DNA of 64,000 bases from Bacillota bacterium (GCA_012837385.1 DURH01000020.1:297140-361139); one strand, 5' to 3'; positions 20,288-29,911 are shown, counted from the stretch's first letter. Notes: a model not told the origin generated them from the letters alone. Translations and numbers: made by a program.

Positions 20288-21236
20288 TGTGGGCAGTGTC
20301 AGTACTAACCTCGTGCTTTTAGATGGGGAGGATTCGCGCAGTTCATTGGTGTGGAAAAAGTACCTGAGGACTCAAGGTGCACCCCTGGCTGCCTTGAAAA
20401 AGGGATTGTCCCTTATCGCCGAGGAGGGTATGTGGGAGATACGCGGAGTCGGCACCACCGGCAGCGGGAGGGAGCTAGCTGGAGCCATGTTGGGGGCAGA
20501 TATTGTTAAGAACGAGATCACAGCCCATGCCACCGCTGCCTTGCATAGCGATCCCACGGTATCCACTATTGTGGAGATTGGAGGACAGGACTCCAAGCTC
20601 ATTGTGCTGCGTGACGGCGTTGTCGTGGATTTTGCCATGAACACGGTGTGCGCCGCGGGAACGGGCTCCTTTTTGGATCAGCAGGCAGCTCGCTTAGGGG
20701 TTCCCATCGAAAATTTCGGGGACTTGGCCCTGAGCAGTTCCAACCCTGTGCGCATAGCCGGTCGCTGCACTGTCTTTGCTGAAACTGACATGATCCACAA
20801 GCAGCAGCTGGGGATGGGCATCCCTGACATTCTGGCCGGATTATGTGCCGCCATGGTCCGCAACTTTTTGAACAACTTGGCCAGCGGCAAAGAGCTGCGC
20901 CCCACGGTGTTCTTCCAAGGGGGTGTGGCTGCTAACGCCGGGATGAAGCGCGCCTTCGAACTAGCTCTGAACCAGCCCGTCCATGTCCCAGACCACTATG
21001 ATGTGATGGGAGCGGTGGGAGCTGCCCTCCTGGCTAAGGAGGAGCTGGAGAAGAGCAGCGGAGAAACCAGGTTTTTCGGCCTGGAGCAGGCTGTGAACTG
21101 TGATGTCACTAACCGCACCTACGAATGCCGCCGCTGCCCAAACAACTGCGAGATCTCAGAGATCTGGCGTGATGGTGCATTTCTTGCTAGTTGGGGATCG
21201 CGCTGCGGGCAGGTCGGGACGCAGCATGGGAGTTAG
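20244..21236 (+). CDS. BadF/BadG/BcrA/BcrD-type ATPase (2-hydroxyacyl-CoA dehydratase activator, HgdC-like)
   Basis: YLGIDVGSVSTNLVLLD, GTTGSGRE, EIGGQDSK and CAAGTGSFLDQQA motifs. C-terminal Cys-rich tail YECRRCPNNCEISEIW. ATG at 20244 follows AAGGAGAG. Confidence 0.85.
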   Translation: MRLASKGRPVYLGIDVGSVSTNLVLLDGEDSRSSLVWKKYLRTQGAPLAALKKGLSLIAEEGMWEIRGVGTTGSGRELAGAMLGADIVKNEITAHATAALHSDPTVSTIVEIGGQDSKLIVLRDGVVVDFAMNTVCAAGTGSFLDQQAARLGVPIENFGDLALSSSNPVRIAGRCTVFAETDMIHKQQLGMGIPDILAGLCAAMVRNFLNNLASGKELRPTVFFQGGVAANAGMKRAFELALNQPVHVPDHYDVMGAVGAALLAKEELEKSSGETRFFGLEQAVNCDVTNRTYECRRCPNNCEISEIWRDGAFLASWGSRCGQVGTQHGS

Positions 21237-21314
21237 CAAATGTTTGGGGGGCATATGGCGGTTACCTCCTTTTTATGCTACTATGGAAAGGAGCGATGAA
21301 TGGAGGTTTTCCTG

Positions 21315-21932
21315 ATGCCGAGTCTCGAGCAGATCATTTTGGCTGTGCCAGCCATTCTCCTGGCCATTTCCTTTCATGAACTTGGGCATGGCTATGCAGC
21401 ATATAAACTGGGTGATCCAACACCTAAGTATCAAGGGCGCTTAACCCTAAACCCCCTCGCTCATCTTGATCCGCTGGGCACCATTATGCTGATTCTGTTT
21501 AGAATCGGCTGGGCCAAGCCGGTTATGATCAACTCCCAATACTTCAAGAACAAGCGCCAGGGCATCGTGCTCGTGTCTTTAGCGGGTCCTCTGGCCAATG
21601 TCATTTTGGGCTGGCTTTTCTACAACACGTTGAGAATTGCGGCTCCCCGCCTGCCTTATACCGCCTTTACCAGCACATTCCTGGTGTTCCTGCTCATAAA
21701 CGTGCAGGTAAACTTGGGATTGGCAGCCTTTAACTTGATACCTATTCCGCCCCTTGATGGCTCCCATATTCTAGCAGGCCTGCTGCCTCCACGGGCCTCC
21801 TATAGGTATGCCCAACTGGCCCGTTATGGGCCGGTGCTTTTGGCTGTCCTGCTTATCTCTGGTGGCGCCAGGTTGATTATTAACCCCATCTACAGTGCTT
21901 TATCCCAGCTGTTGGTGCGGTTGTCGCTCTAG
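21315..21932 (+). CDS. Site-2 protease family (peptidase M50) membrane metalloprotease
   Basis: HELGH (FHELGHGYAAYKLGDPT) and NLIPIPPLDGSH motifs. Confidence 0.85.
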   Translation: MPSLEQIILAVPAILLAISFHELGHGYAAYKLGDPTPKYQGRLTLNPLAHLDPLGTIMLILFRIGWAKPVMINSQYFKNKRQGIVLVSLAGPLANVILGWLFYNTLRIAAPRLPYTAFTSTFLVFLLINVQVNLGLAAFNLIPIPPLDGSHILAGLLPPRASYRYAQLARYGPVLLAVLLISGGARLIINPIYSALSQLLVRLSL

Positions 21933-21940
21933 GTGTCAAA

Positions 21941-22681
21941 ATGGGATACGTAGTACAATTGGAGGTCTACCAAGGGCCCTTTGACTTACTCCTGGATTTA
22001 ATAGCCAAGAACGAGGTGGATATTTGGGATATCCCCATAGCCACCATTACCGAGCAGTACCTAGAATACCTCTATTCTTTGCAGGAGAAGGACTTGGCCA
22101 TCGCCGGTGAATTCCTGGTGATGGCGGCGACCCTGATCCGCTTAAAGTCGCGCCTGCTCCTTCCCCAGGAGCAAGCTGTGGAAGAAGAGGAGGAAGAGGC
22201 GGAGGATCCCCGCAGGGAGTTGGTGCAGCAGCTGCTCCGCTACAAGTTTTTTAAGGAAGTGGGAGAATTCCTCCAGGAGCGCTACTTGGAGGCGTCCCGC
22301 TATTACACCAAGGGGCAGTCCGTCGCTTTATACGATCTTGCGCCCATTTACACCCAGCCAGTGGGGAAGCTGGCCTTGGAGGAGCTGCGGGAGATCTATG
22401 ATCACCTCCTGAGGGAGCTGGCGAAAGAACCCCCGGTACACACCATATCCCCTGGAATTTCGCTGCAAGAGCGGATGGCACTAGTACGCTTGCAGTTGGT
22501 GGGCAAACCCCGGGTGAGTTTTCGGGCCTTGGTGAAAGACAATACGCCCATGGAGATCGTAGGCACCTTTCTCGCCATTTTGGAGTTGGTTCGTCTTGGG
22601 GAGATTAGGGTGGCGCAGAACACGTTGTTCGGAGACATCAAGATTCAACCCTATGCATTGGAACTGGAGGTAAACGCATGA
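21941..22681 (+). CDS. scpA: Segregation and condensation protein A
   Basis: LEVYQGPFDLLLDLIAKNEVDIWDIPIATITEQYLEYL is a canonical ScpA N-terminus. Confidence 0.92.
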   Translation: MGYVVQLEVYQGPFDLLLDLIAKNEVDIWDIPIATITEQYLEYLYSLQEKDLAIAGEFLVMAATLIRLKSRLLLPQEQAVEEEEEEAEDPRRELVQQLLRYKFFKEVGEFLQERYLEASRYYTKGQSVALYDLAPIYTQPVGKLALEELREIYDHLLRELAKEPPVHTISPGISLQERMALVRLQLVGKPRVSFRALVKDNTPMEIVGTFLAILELVRLGEIRVAQNTLFGDIKIQPYALELEVNA

Positions 22682-23187
22682 AGCTGGCAGAGGCGAGGGT
22701 GGTGGTGGAAGGGCTCATTTTTGCAGCTGACCGTCCCCTCAGTGCTCAGGAGATCGCTGAGATTATTGGCTTGGATCCGCCTGCTGTAGAAGCCCTGGTG
22801 GAAGACATTCGCAGCAGGTATGCTGATGGAGCCCTGACCATCCGCCGGGTGGGCGGGGGATTCCAGCTGGTAACCAAACCTGAGCTTTCTCCCTGGATTG
22901 AAAAGCTGGGCCGTCCCGTGATTCATGCTCCCCTGTCGCCGGCGGCCACCGAAGCACTGGCCATCATCGCCTACGAACAGCCGGTGACCAAGGCCGAAAT
23001 CGAACAGATTCGCGGGGTACGTTCAGACAGCGCTCTGAATAGCCTGTTAGAACGGGGACTCATCTGCGAAGTGGGCAGAAAAGAAGGACCTGGCAGACCC
23101 ATTCTCTACGGGACGACAGCGAAGTTCTTAGAGCATTTCGGTCTGGCGAGTGCCGATGAACTTCCCCTGCGAAGCATAAGCGAATGA
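22678..23187 (+). CDS. scpB: Segregation and condensation protein B
   Basis: EGLIFAADRPLSAQEIAEII...GGGFQLVTKPE...LSPAATEALAIIAYEQPVTKAEIEQIRGV. Confidence 0.92.
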   Translation: MKLAEARVVVEGLIFAADRPLSAQEIAEIIGLDPPAVEALVEDIRSRYADGALTIRRVGGGFQLVTKPELSPWIEKLGRPVIHAPLSPAATEALAIIAYEQPVTKAEIEQIRGVRSDSALNSLLERGLICEVGRKEGPGRPILYGTTAKFLEHFGLASADELPLRSISE

Positions 23188-23223
23188 AAATGATGGTAGA
23201 TTAAGACTGAGTGGAGGTGCCCC

Positions 23224-23760
23224 ATGCTGCTCGGTCTTTTTTTATTGCTCTTTTTCATACTGATTGTTGCCCCCTTTCAGGTAGAAGTAGAGCTGACTAT
23301 GGAGGGGCAAGATGTACAGCCTGTGCTCCGCCTGGGTTTAGCTGGGATGTTTCTGGCAATTCCTAAGCATCTTATGGGCAGTATGGCCCAGAAAGTCCGC
23401 GAGCGCAACCTGCAGAACCCTAAACAGGCTTTGCGCAGTCTGCAATTGGGCCTGCGGTTGATGGACAGTTTCTTACAGACTGTGGAGTTGTTTCATCTCC
23501 AGGCGATCATTGGTATTGGAGATCCTCTGCTCAGCGCCCTTGGCTGTGGTGGGTTCTGGAGTATCCTTGGCCCCTTCTTTGCCGGTTTGAGTGCCAGCAA
23601 CAGGCTGAAGACGGTACCCAAGGTGACTGTAAGGCCTGACTATGAAAAGGTTCGCCTAGGGCTCTACCTGCACTGTATATTCCAGTTCAGACTGGGTCAG
23701 ATTATAATCAACGAATTACGACGGGCAGCCGTCGCTTTGCGGGCAAGAACTACGGGCTAA
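23224..23760 (+). CDS. DUF2953-like sporulation-associated membrane protein (YtfI-like)
   Basis: N-terminal TM, then QVEVELTMEG. Position immediately upstream of ytfJ matches the ytfI-ytfJ pair. Confidence 0.6.
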   Translation: MLLGLFLLLFFILIVAPFQVEVELTMEGQDVQPVLRLGLAGMFLAIPKHLMGSMAQKVRERNLQNPKQALRSLQLGLRLMDSFLQTVELFHLQAIIGIGDPLLSALGCGGFWSILGPFFAGLSASNRLKTVPKVTVRPDYEKVRLGLYLHCIFQFRLGQIIINELRRAAVALRARTTG

Positions 23761-23769
23761 AGGAGCGGA

Positions 23770-24186
23770 GTGATGAATAACAGACATCCTATTGAAGGCC
23801 TTATGCAGACCGCCATGGAAAGCCTAAAAACCATGGTGGACGTAAATACCATTCTCGGTGACCCTGTGGAAACGCCTGACGGAGCAGTAATTGTCCCTGT
23901 GAGCCGGGTGAGTTTCGGATTTGCGGCAGGGGGAAGCGAGTTTGCAGCAGCCAAGGGGGCTGACGCTGGCCATCCCTTTGGAGGAGGCAGCGGTGCAGGT
24001 ATAGCCCTTAATCCAGTGGCGTTCTTGGTGGTGGCCAAGGAGAGTGTGCGCCTGCTGCCAGTGAATCAGTCGGCAATCTATGACCGCCTGATTGATGCCG
24101 TTCCCCAGTTCCTGGACAGAATTCAAGGCATGGTTAAGGGTGAACGGGTGACAGATGGAGTGCTGAGGACGACCTACAAGGTGTAG
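23770..24186 (+). CDS. ytfJ: GerW/YtfJ-family sporulation protein
   Basis: HPIEGLMQTAMESLKTMVDVNTILGDPVETPDGAVIVPVSRVSFGFAAGGSEF...PFGGGSGAGIALNPVAFLVV. Confidence 0.88.
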   Translation: MMNNRHPIEGLMQTAMESLKTMVDVNTILGDPVETPDGAVIVPVSRVSFGFAAGGSEFAAAKGADAGHPFGGGSGAGIALNPVAFLVVAKESVRLLPVNQSAIYDRLIDAVPQFLDRIQGMVKGERVTDGVLRTTYKV

Positions 24187-24199
24187 ATAGGGCTTGTAC

Positions 24200-24232
24200 A
24201 GAGGGTTTCCAGCTGGGAGACCCTCTTTTTTC
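24200..24232 (+). terminator. Terminator after ytfJ
   Basis: AGAGGGTTTCC-loop-GGGAGACCCTCT followed by T6. It lies inside the ORF-track N-terminal extension of rluB, which supports the later rluB start. Confidence 0.75.
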
Positions 24233-24283
24233 TTGCGGTTTAACGGGAAGTTGGGTATTATTGGACTGAAAGGGGCGTATGCG

Positions 24284-24997
24284 GTGGAAAGGCTGCAAAA
24301 GGTAATGGCCCAAGCAGGACTAGGCTCCCGCCGGTCCTGCGAAGAAATGATCAAGGATAACCGCGTTACAGTAAATGGGAAGCCAGCGGTTCTCGGGCAA
24401 AAAGTGGACCCCACCCAGGACAGCATCTTGGTTGATGGAAAGCCCTTAGGCCGCAGGGAGGCCAAGCGCTATTTTATCCTCAACAAACCCCGTGGGTATG
24501 TCACCACCAGCAAGGATCAGTTTTCCCGCCGCAGTGTGCTGGATTTGGTGCCAGTTGCGGAGCGCATCTATCCTGTGGGGCGTTTGGACTATGATTCAGA
24601 GGGTCTGGTGCTGTTGACCAATGATGGCGCACTTGCCTATCGGGTGATGCATCCCAAGTTTGAACTGCCCAAAACCTATCGGGTGAGAGTTAACGGTGAG
24701 ATCACTATGGATGCCGTTTACCGCCTCAGGACTGGCGTGACTCTGGAAGATGGCCCCACTGCACCAGCTCAGGTGGAGCTGCTTAAGGTTGATGGGGGTA
24801 GTTCGGTTATCCGCATCACCATTACAGAAGGGCGCAATCGACAGGTCAGGCGCATGTGCGCCGCTTTGGGATACGAAGTGCTGCGCTTAACCAGGGAAGC
24901 CATAGGCCCCCTAAACCTCAGGGGGCTTGCCGCGGGTGAATACCGCCCGCTGCGGCCCCAGGAGATTAAGAGGCTGTTCGAGGCTGTGGGACTATGA
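24284..24997 (+). CDS. rluB: 23S rRNA pseudouridine synthase RluB (S4 domain plus RsuA/RluB catalytic domain)
   Basis: VERLQKVMAQAGLGSRRSCEEMI (S4), GRLDYDSEGLVLLTNDG and GRNRQVRRM. Confidence 0.88.
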   Translation: MERLQKVMAQAGLGSRRSCEEMIKDNRVTVNGKPAVLGQKVDPTQDSILVDGKPLGRREAKRYFILNKPRGYVTTSKDQFSRRSVLDLVPVAERIYPVGRLDYDSEGLVLLTNDGALAYRVMHPKFELPKTYRVRVNGEITMDAVYRLRTGVTLEDGPTAPAQVELLKVDGGSSVIRITITEGRNRQVRRMCAALGYEVLRLTREAIGPLNLRGLAAGEYRPLRPQEIKRLFEAVGL

Positions 24998-26259
24998 ATA
25001 CCCAGGTCGTTGTAATCGGTGCCGGCGCCGCAGGACTTATTGCAGCGGGCTTTTTGGCTAAGAGAGGTGCTGATGTGCATGTCTTGGAAAAAATGGGCCG
25101 GACAGCTTCGAAGATGCGCATTTCAGGTAAAGGCCGCTGCAATATTACCAATAATATGCCCCTAGAAGATTTCCCAGCCAATTATCCTGGGAACGGTAGG
25201 TTTTTGTATAGTGCTCTGCACCGCTTTTCCAACCAAGATTGCATGGAGTTTTTCGCAAAGCTTGGTGTTGCACTGAAAGTAGAGCGGGGGCAGAGGGTTT
25301 TCCCAGTTTCCGATGATGCCCATGAAGTGGCTGATGCGCTGGAGCGATTTGCTCGTATGAGTGGCGCCAGAATCCATTTGGGACATAAGGTGGTAAGCAT
25401 AGAGCGGTCTTCCTCAGGGCACATTCGCGGCGTCATCAGTGTCGCTGGTGGCCAGGAAAAATGGTTTCCAGCTGATGCTGTTATCGTGGCTACTGGCGGA
25501 CTGAGTTACCCTGGGACTGGCTCCACGGGCGACGGACTTGCTTGGGCTAGAAGCCTCGGCCACAGAGTTGTGGAGCCTAGGCCAGCGCTGGTACCAGTCA
25601 AGGTAGAAGAAGAATGGGCCACCGAACTAGCCGGGCTGAGCTTGAGGAATGTTGAGTTCATAGTGGAGAACCCCCAAGGAGGAAGAGTCAAGCACTTTGG
25701 CGAATTAATGTTTGCCCATTTTGGCCTAACAGGGCCTATTGTGCTCACCGCGAGTGAACAGATTGGCCTCTGGCTGAAGGAAAGCGCTTCCAGCCTCCGG
25801 GCGTTCATTGATCTGAAGCCCGCCCTCAGTGAAGAGCAGCTGGACCAGAGGCTGTTACGGGATTTTGAGCAGTTTTCCCGCAAGCAGTTCAAGAATTCCC
25901 TAGACAAGCTGCTGCCCAAGAGCCTGATTCCCACTCTGATTGCCCTGTCTGGGATCGATCCTGAAAAACAGTGCCATCAGATTACCAGAGCGGAAAGGGT
26001 TGGGCTGCGGCGGCTTTTGAAGAGCTTGCCCCTGACTATCTCCAAAACCCTTCCCATCGCGGCAGCCATTGTCACTGCTGGCGGGGTGGATGTGAAAGAG
26101 GTGAACCCGCGCACCATGGAATCCAAGAAGGTGCAGGGCTTGTTCTTCTGCGGAGAGGTTTTGGATGTGCATGGGGTGACCGGCGGTTTCAATTTACAGG
26201 CAGCGTTTTCAACTGGTTATTGTGCTGCCCATAGTGTGGATTTATCTTCGTCTTCCTAG
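24994..26259 (+). CDS. NAD(P)/FAD-dependent oxidoreductase, HI0933/BaiN-like flavoprotein
   Basis: VVVIGAGAAGLIAAGFLAKRGADVHVLEK...ISGKGRCNITN...GEVLDVHGVTGGFNLQAA. Confidence 0.85.
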   Translation: MNTQVVVIGAGAAGLIAAGFLAKRGADVHVLEKMGRTASKMRISGKGRCNITNNMPLEDFPANYPGNGRFLYSALHRFSNQDCMEFFAKLGVALKVERGQRVFPVSDDAHEVADALERFARMSGARIHLGHKVVSIERSSSGHIRGVISVAGGQEKWFPADAVIVATGGLSYPGTGSTGDGLAWARSLGHRVVEPRPALVPVKVEEEWATELAGLSLRNVEFIVENPQGGRVKHFGELMFAHFGLTGPIVLTASEQIGLWLKESASSLRAFIDLKPALSEEQLDQRLLRDFEQFSRKQFKNSLDKLLPKSLIPTLIALSGIDPEKQCHQITRAERVGLRRLLKSLPLTISKTLPIAAAIVTAGGVDVKEVNPRTMESKKVQGLFFCGEVLDVHGVTGGFNLQAAFSTGYCAAHSVDLSSSS

Positions 26260-26286
26260 TGCCGCCGAGTTGTACAGAAGAGGTGA

Positions 26287-26970
26287 ATGTTGAGAGTGAA
26301 AATTGCCATAGATGGCCCGGCTGGGGCCGGGAAAAGCACAATCGCCCGTTTGCTGGCTAAACGTTTAGGATTGCGCTATCTGGATACGGGCGCCATGTAC
26401 CGAGCCCTTACTTTGGCCGCGCTGCAGAGGGGCGTACCCTGCTCTGACGAAGAAGCGCTTCTCAGGGTAGCAACGTCCATGGACTTGAAGATCGTCTTTG
26501 AGCAGGAGACAAAGAGCAACCTTATCTACCTCGATGGCGAGGATGTCACATTTCTGATCAGACAGCCTGAGGTGAATGCCAATGTATCTTTGGTATCCAG
26601 CCACAAAAAGGTGCGGGACTTCATTGCGGCTCTTCAGAAGGAGATCGGGCGGCAGGGGTCAATTGTTATGGACGGCAGAGACATAGGCACAGTAGTCATG
26701 CCCGATGCCAACTGGAAGATTTTCCTGCAGGCAAGTGTCGGGGAAAGGGCGAGGCGGCGCATGCGGGAGATGCAGAGAAACGGCCATGACGTGGATATTC
26801 TGGAGCTGGAAGAGCAGATTCGCCAACGCGATCACCTAGACTCCACGCGGGAGAACTCCCCCCTCAGAAAGGCTGAAGATGCCATTGAGGTAGATACAAC
26901 ACACTTAAGTATCGAGGATGTAGTTGATAAGGTGTTGGCCATAATCAGGGGGGCAGATAGGGATGTATAG
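26287..26970 (+). CDS. cmk: Cytidylate kinase
   Basis: IAIDGPAGAGKSTIARLLAKRLGLRYLDTGAMYRA. Confidence 0.93.
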   Translation: MLRVKIAIDGPAGAGKSTIARLLAKRLGLRYLDTGAMYRALTLAALQRGVPCSDEEALLRVATSMDLKIVFEQETKSNLIYLDGEDVTFLIRQPEVNANVSLVSSHKKVRDFIAALQKEIGRQGSIVMDGRDIGTVVMPDANWKIFLQASVGERARRRMREMQRNGHDVDILELEEQIRQRDHLDSTRENSPLRKAEDAIEVDTTHLSIEDVVDKVLAIIRGADRDV

Positions 26971-27571
26971 GTTGCTTCGAGCCATCGTACGTTTGGTTTT
27001 TCTTGTTTTATGTGGTCTCGATGTTTCGGGCTTGGAAAATGTCCCCCAGCAGGGTGGCGCCATCATCGCTGGGACCCACACCACCATGCTCGATCCGGTG
27101 GCGATTGCCATAGCCATCAAACGCCCTTTGCACTTCATGGGGAAGGCAGAGTTGTTCCAAAATCCCCTGCTGCGTTTTTTGTTTACTAGGCTCAACGCCT
27201 TTCCTGTACGCCGGGGGCTGGCTGACAGGGAAGCGATTCGGATCGCTCAAGAAAGGGTAAGCGCAGGCCATCTGCTTGGGATTTTTCCAGAGGGCACCCG
27301 CAATACCACCGAGGAGGATCTGCTGCCCCTGCAGGGAGGAGCGACCCTGATTGCCATCAAAACCGGGGTTCCAGTAGTTCCTGTGGTAGTGTCCGGTTTC
27401 CGGCCCTTCAGGCTCCGCAGGCCCTTGAAGGTGGTTTTTGGACGCCCCATTGATCTAGGAGGGCCGCGGCGGGCCAGCAAAGCCGAGGTACTGGAAGGAA
27501 CAAAAGCGATTTCCGCCGAATTTAGTTGCCTATTAAGCAGGAATAATAAAGAACGCAGAGAAATACAATGA
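26963..27571 (+). CDS. plsC: 1-acyl-sn-glycerol-3-phosphate acyltransferase
   Basis: HX4D-type motif (GTHTTMLD), FPEGTR and VPVVPV blocks. Confidence 0.85.
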   Translation: MYRLLRAIVRLVFLVLCGLDVSGLENVPQQGGAIIAGTHTTMLDPVAIAIAIKRPLHFMGKAELFQNPLLRFLFTRLNAFPVRRGLADREAIRIAQERVSAGHLLGIFPEGTRNTTEEDLLPLQGGATLIAIKTGVPVVPVVVSGFRPFRLRRPLKVVFGRPIDLGGPRRASKAEVLEGTKAISAEFSCLLSRNNKERREIQ

Positions 27572-27624
27572 CGGACGCTTGTTTAGAGTCCCTTTTTTGG
27601 AGGCATAATAAGGGAGGGGGAAGG

Positions 27625-29784
27625 GTGGAAATTGTATTGGCAGATGCCGCGGGCTTTTGCTTTGGGGTCAAACGAGCGTTGAATATGACCTCCAAGGTTA
27701 TAAGCGAAGTCGACTCGGCCACTCCGATACACACTTTAGGTCCACTTATCCATAACCCCCAGGTCGTGGCCCAACTGGAGACGCAAGGCGTGCGTGTGAT
27801 GGACCAGCCTGGTGAAGTAAGTTCAGGAGTAGTAATTGTCCGATCTCATGGTGTTGCACCAAAGGTCATGGAAGAGCTGAAGGAACTCGGTTACGATGTT
27901 GTCGATGCCACCTGTCCTTTTGTGCACAGGGCTATGGGGTGGGCAAGACAGTTGAAAGACGAAGGGTATCAAGTCATAATTGTTGGTGACAGGTTTCATC
28001 CAGAAGTACAAGCCATTTTGGGTTATGCCGGTGAAACCGCGTATGTTGTGAGTAACCCTCAAGAGATCCGAGAGCTGCCGATAGCAAGTCGCGTCGGTAT
28101 TATAGCACAAACGACCCAATCAGTTCAGAACTTCCAGGCATGTGTGGATGAACTGGAGGGGAAAGTGGAGGACCTGAAAGCCTTTGATACCATTTGTACT
28201 GCTACCGAACAGCGGCAAACTTCGGCACGCGAATTGGCCGCCAAAGTGGATGTTATGGTTGTAATTGGAGGTCGAAACAGCGCCAACACAAAAAGATTGG
28301 CCGAATTATGTCAGGAGCAGGGCACGGTTACATATCATATCGAAACACCAGATGAACTGCAGAGCCAGTGGTTTGCTGGGGTGCAGCGGGCTGGAGTTAC
28401 GGCCGGAGCCTCTACTCCAGATTGGTTAATTGAGGGGGTACTTACAAGAATGAGTGAATTCAGCGAAGAAAAAGTGACAGAGACTGTTCAAGAGACAGTA
28501 GAAACTGTCGAAGCACCGGTGGAAGAAGCCACCGCAGATCAAGCAGAAGCCGTGGAAGAAGTGGCAGCCGTCACTGGGCAGGTTGAAGAACCTTCGCAGG
28601 AGGAGGCAAAACTCAGCGAAGCCCAAATGAGTGAATATGATGTCAAAATGCCCACGCCTGGAGCCATTATCAAAGGTAAGGTAGTGCAGATCTCCAACGA
28701 TGAGGTGTTAGTAGACATCGACTATAAATCCGAAGGGCGCATACCACTTAATGAGCTCAGCTTTATCGCCAACGCCAATCCAGAGGATCTGGTGAGTGTA
28801 GGCGAGGAGATCAACGTAAAGGTCCTAAAGGTAGATGACTCCGAAGGTAATGTTGTCCTGTCCAAGAAGCGTGCCGATGCCGACCTTTCTTGGGAGAAAC
28901 TGGAGAACCTTTACGAGTCTGGTGAGACTTTGGAGGCCAAGGTAGTTCAGGTAGTCAAGGGCGGCCTGCTGGTCAATGTAGGCGTCCGCGGCTTTATCCC
29001 TGCCAGCCATGTTTCTCGCGGATTTGAGGACAATTTGGAGAAGTACATCGGCCAGACCTTGGAGCTGAAGATCATCGAGCTTGATCGCTCCAAGAACAAT
29101 GTGGTCTTCTCCCATAAGGTAGTGCTGGAAGAGAAACACGCCAAAGCTAAAGACGAAGCCTTTGCCAACCTCCAAGAGGGAATGAAGGTTAAGGGTATTG
29201 TCCGTCGCCTTACTGATTTCGGTGCCTTTGTTGATATCGGCGATGGGGTAGAAGGGCTTCTTCATGTTTCCGAAATGGCTTACAGCCGGGTAAATCATCC
29301 TTCCGATGTAGTTGCCGAGGGTGATGAGATTACAGTAATGGTTCTTGGTGTTGATAAGGAAAGAGAGAGAATTTCCCTCGGACTGAAGCAGACCATTCCC
29401 GATCCCTGGTCCACCGTTGCAGACCGCTATGAGGTTGGTCAGAAAGTAACCGGCGAAGTGACAAGGGTAGTAGACTTCGGTGCTTTCGTTAAGTTGGAAG
29501 ACGGTGTGGAAGGCCTGGTGCATATCAGCGAGCTTTCCCACAAGCATGTGGCTAAGGCTGAAGATGTGGTTAAATCTGGCGATCAAGTAGAGGCCAAGGT
29601 TATCAGCGTAGATCCTGATGCTCGCCGCATTGGCTTAAGCATTAAGGAACTGGAGCCTAAACCACAGGTCCAGCCCAAGCCGAAACAGGCTCAACCAAAC
29701 TTGACTGAGGGTACGTCCAGTGAAGAGCTGACCACCAACATTGGCGACATGTTTGGTGACTTGTTCAAGGACGGAGACAGATAG
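27625..29784 (+). CDS. ispH: Bifunctional 4-hydroxy-3-methylbut-2-enyl diphosphate reductase (IspH/LytB) fused to 30S ribosomal protein S1 (four S1 domains)
   Basis: N-terminal half VEIVLADAAGFCFGVKRAL...HNPQVV...ATCPFV...SANTKRL. An acidic linker follows. C-terminal half has repeated S1 motifs (GFIPASHVS, GLLHVSEMA, GLVHISELS). GTG at 27625 follows GGGAGGGGGAAGG. Confidence 0.9.
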   Translation: MEIVLADAAGFCFGVKRALNMTSKVISEVDSATPIHTLGPLIHNPQVVAQLETQGVRVMDQPGEVSSGVVIVRSHGVAPKVMEELKELGYDVVDATCPFVHRAMGWARQLKDEGYQVIIVGDRFHPEVQAILGYAGETAYVVSNPQEIRELPIASRVGIIAQTTQSVQNFQACVDELEGKVEDLKAFDTICTATEQRQTSARELAAKVDVMVVIGGRNSANTKRLAELCQEQGTVTYHIETPDELQSQWFAGVQRAGVTAGASTPDWLIEGVLTRMSEFSEEKVTETVQETVETVEAPVEEATADQAEAVEEVAAVTGQVEEPSQEEAKLSEAQMSEYDVKMPTPGAIIKGKVVQISNDEVLVDIDYKSEGRIPLNELSFIANANPEDLVSVGEEINVKVLKVDDSEGNVVLSKKRADADLSWEKLENLYESGETLEAKVVQVVKGGLLVNVGVRGFIPASHVSRGFEDNLEKYIGQTLELKIIELDRSKNNVVFSHKVVLEEKHAKAKDEAFANLQEGMKVKGIVRRLTDFGAFVDIGDGVEGLLHVSEMAYSRVNHPSDVVAEGDEITVMVLGVDKERERISLGLKQTIPDPWSTVADRYEVGQKVTGEVTRVVDFGAFVKLEDGVEGLVHISELSHKHVAKAEDVVKSGDQVEAKVISVDPDARRIGLSIKELEPKPQVQPKPKQAQPNLTEGTSSEELTTNIGDMFGDLFKDGDR

Positions 29785-29812
29785 TCACAACAGAAGAATA
29801 ACGATAGGGAAG

Positions 29813-29844
29813 AATCCCGCAGGTTTAACCTGCGGGATTTTTTT
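29813..29844 (+). terminator. Terminator after ispH-rpsA
   Basis: AATCCCGCAGG-TTTAA-CCTGCGGGATT followed by a T run. Confidence 0.85.
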
Positions 29845-29911
29845 GTGGATACAGCGCCTGCCCCCGGGAACACTAAGACCAAGTGCCTTACACTTCAGGG
29901 GAGGGATCTGC

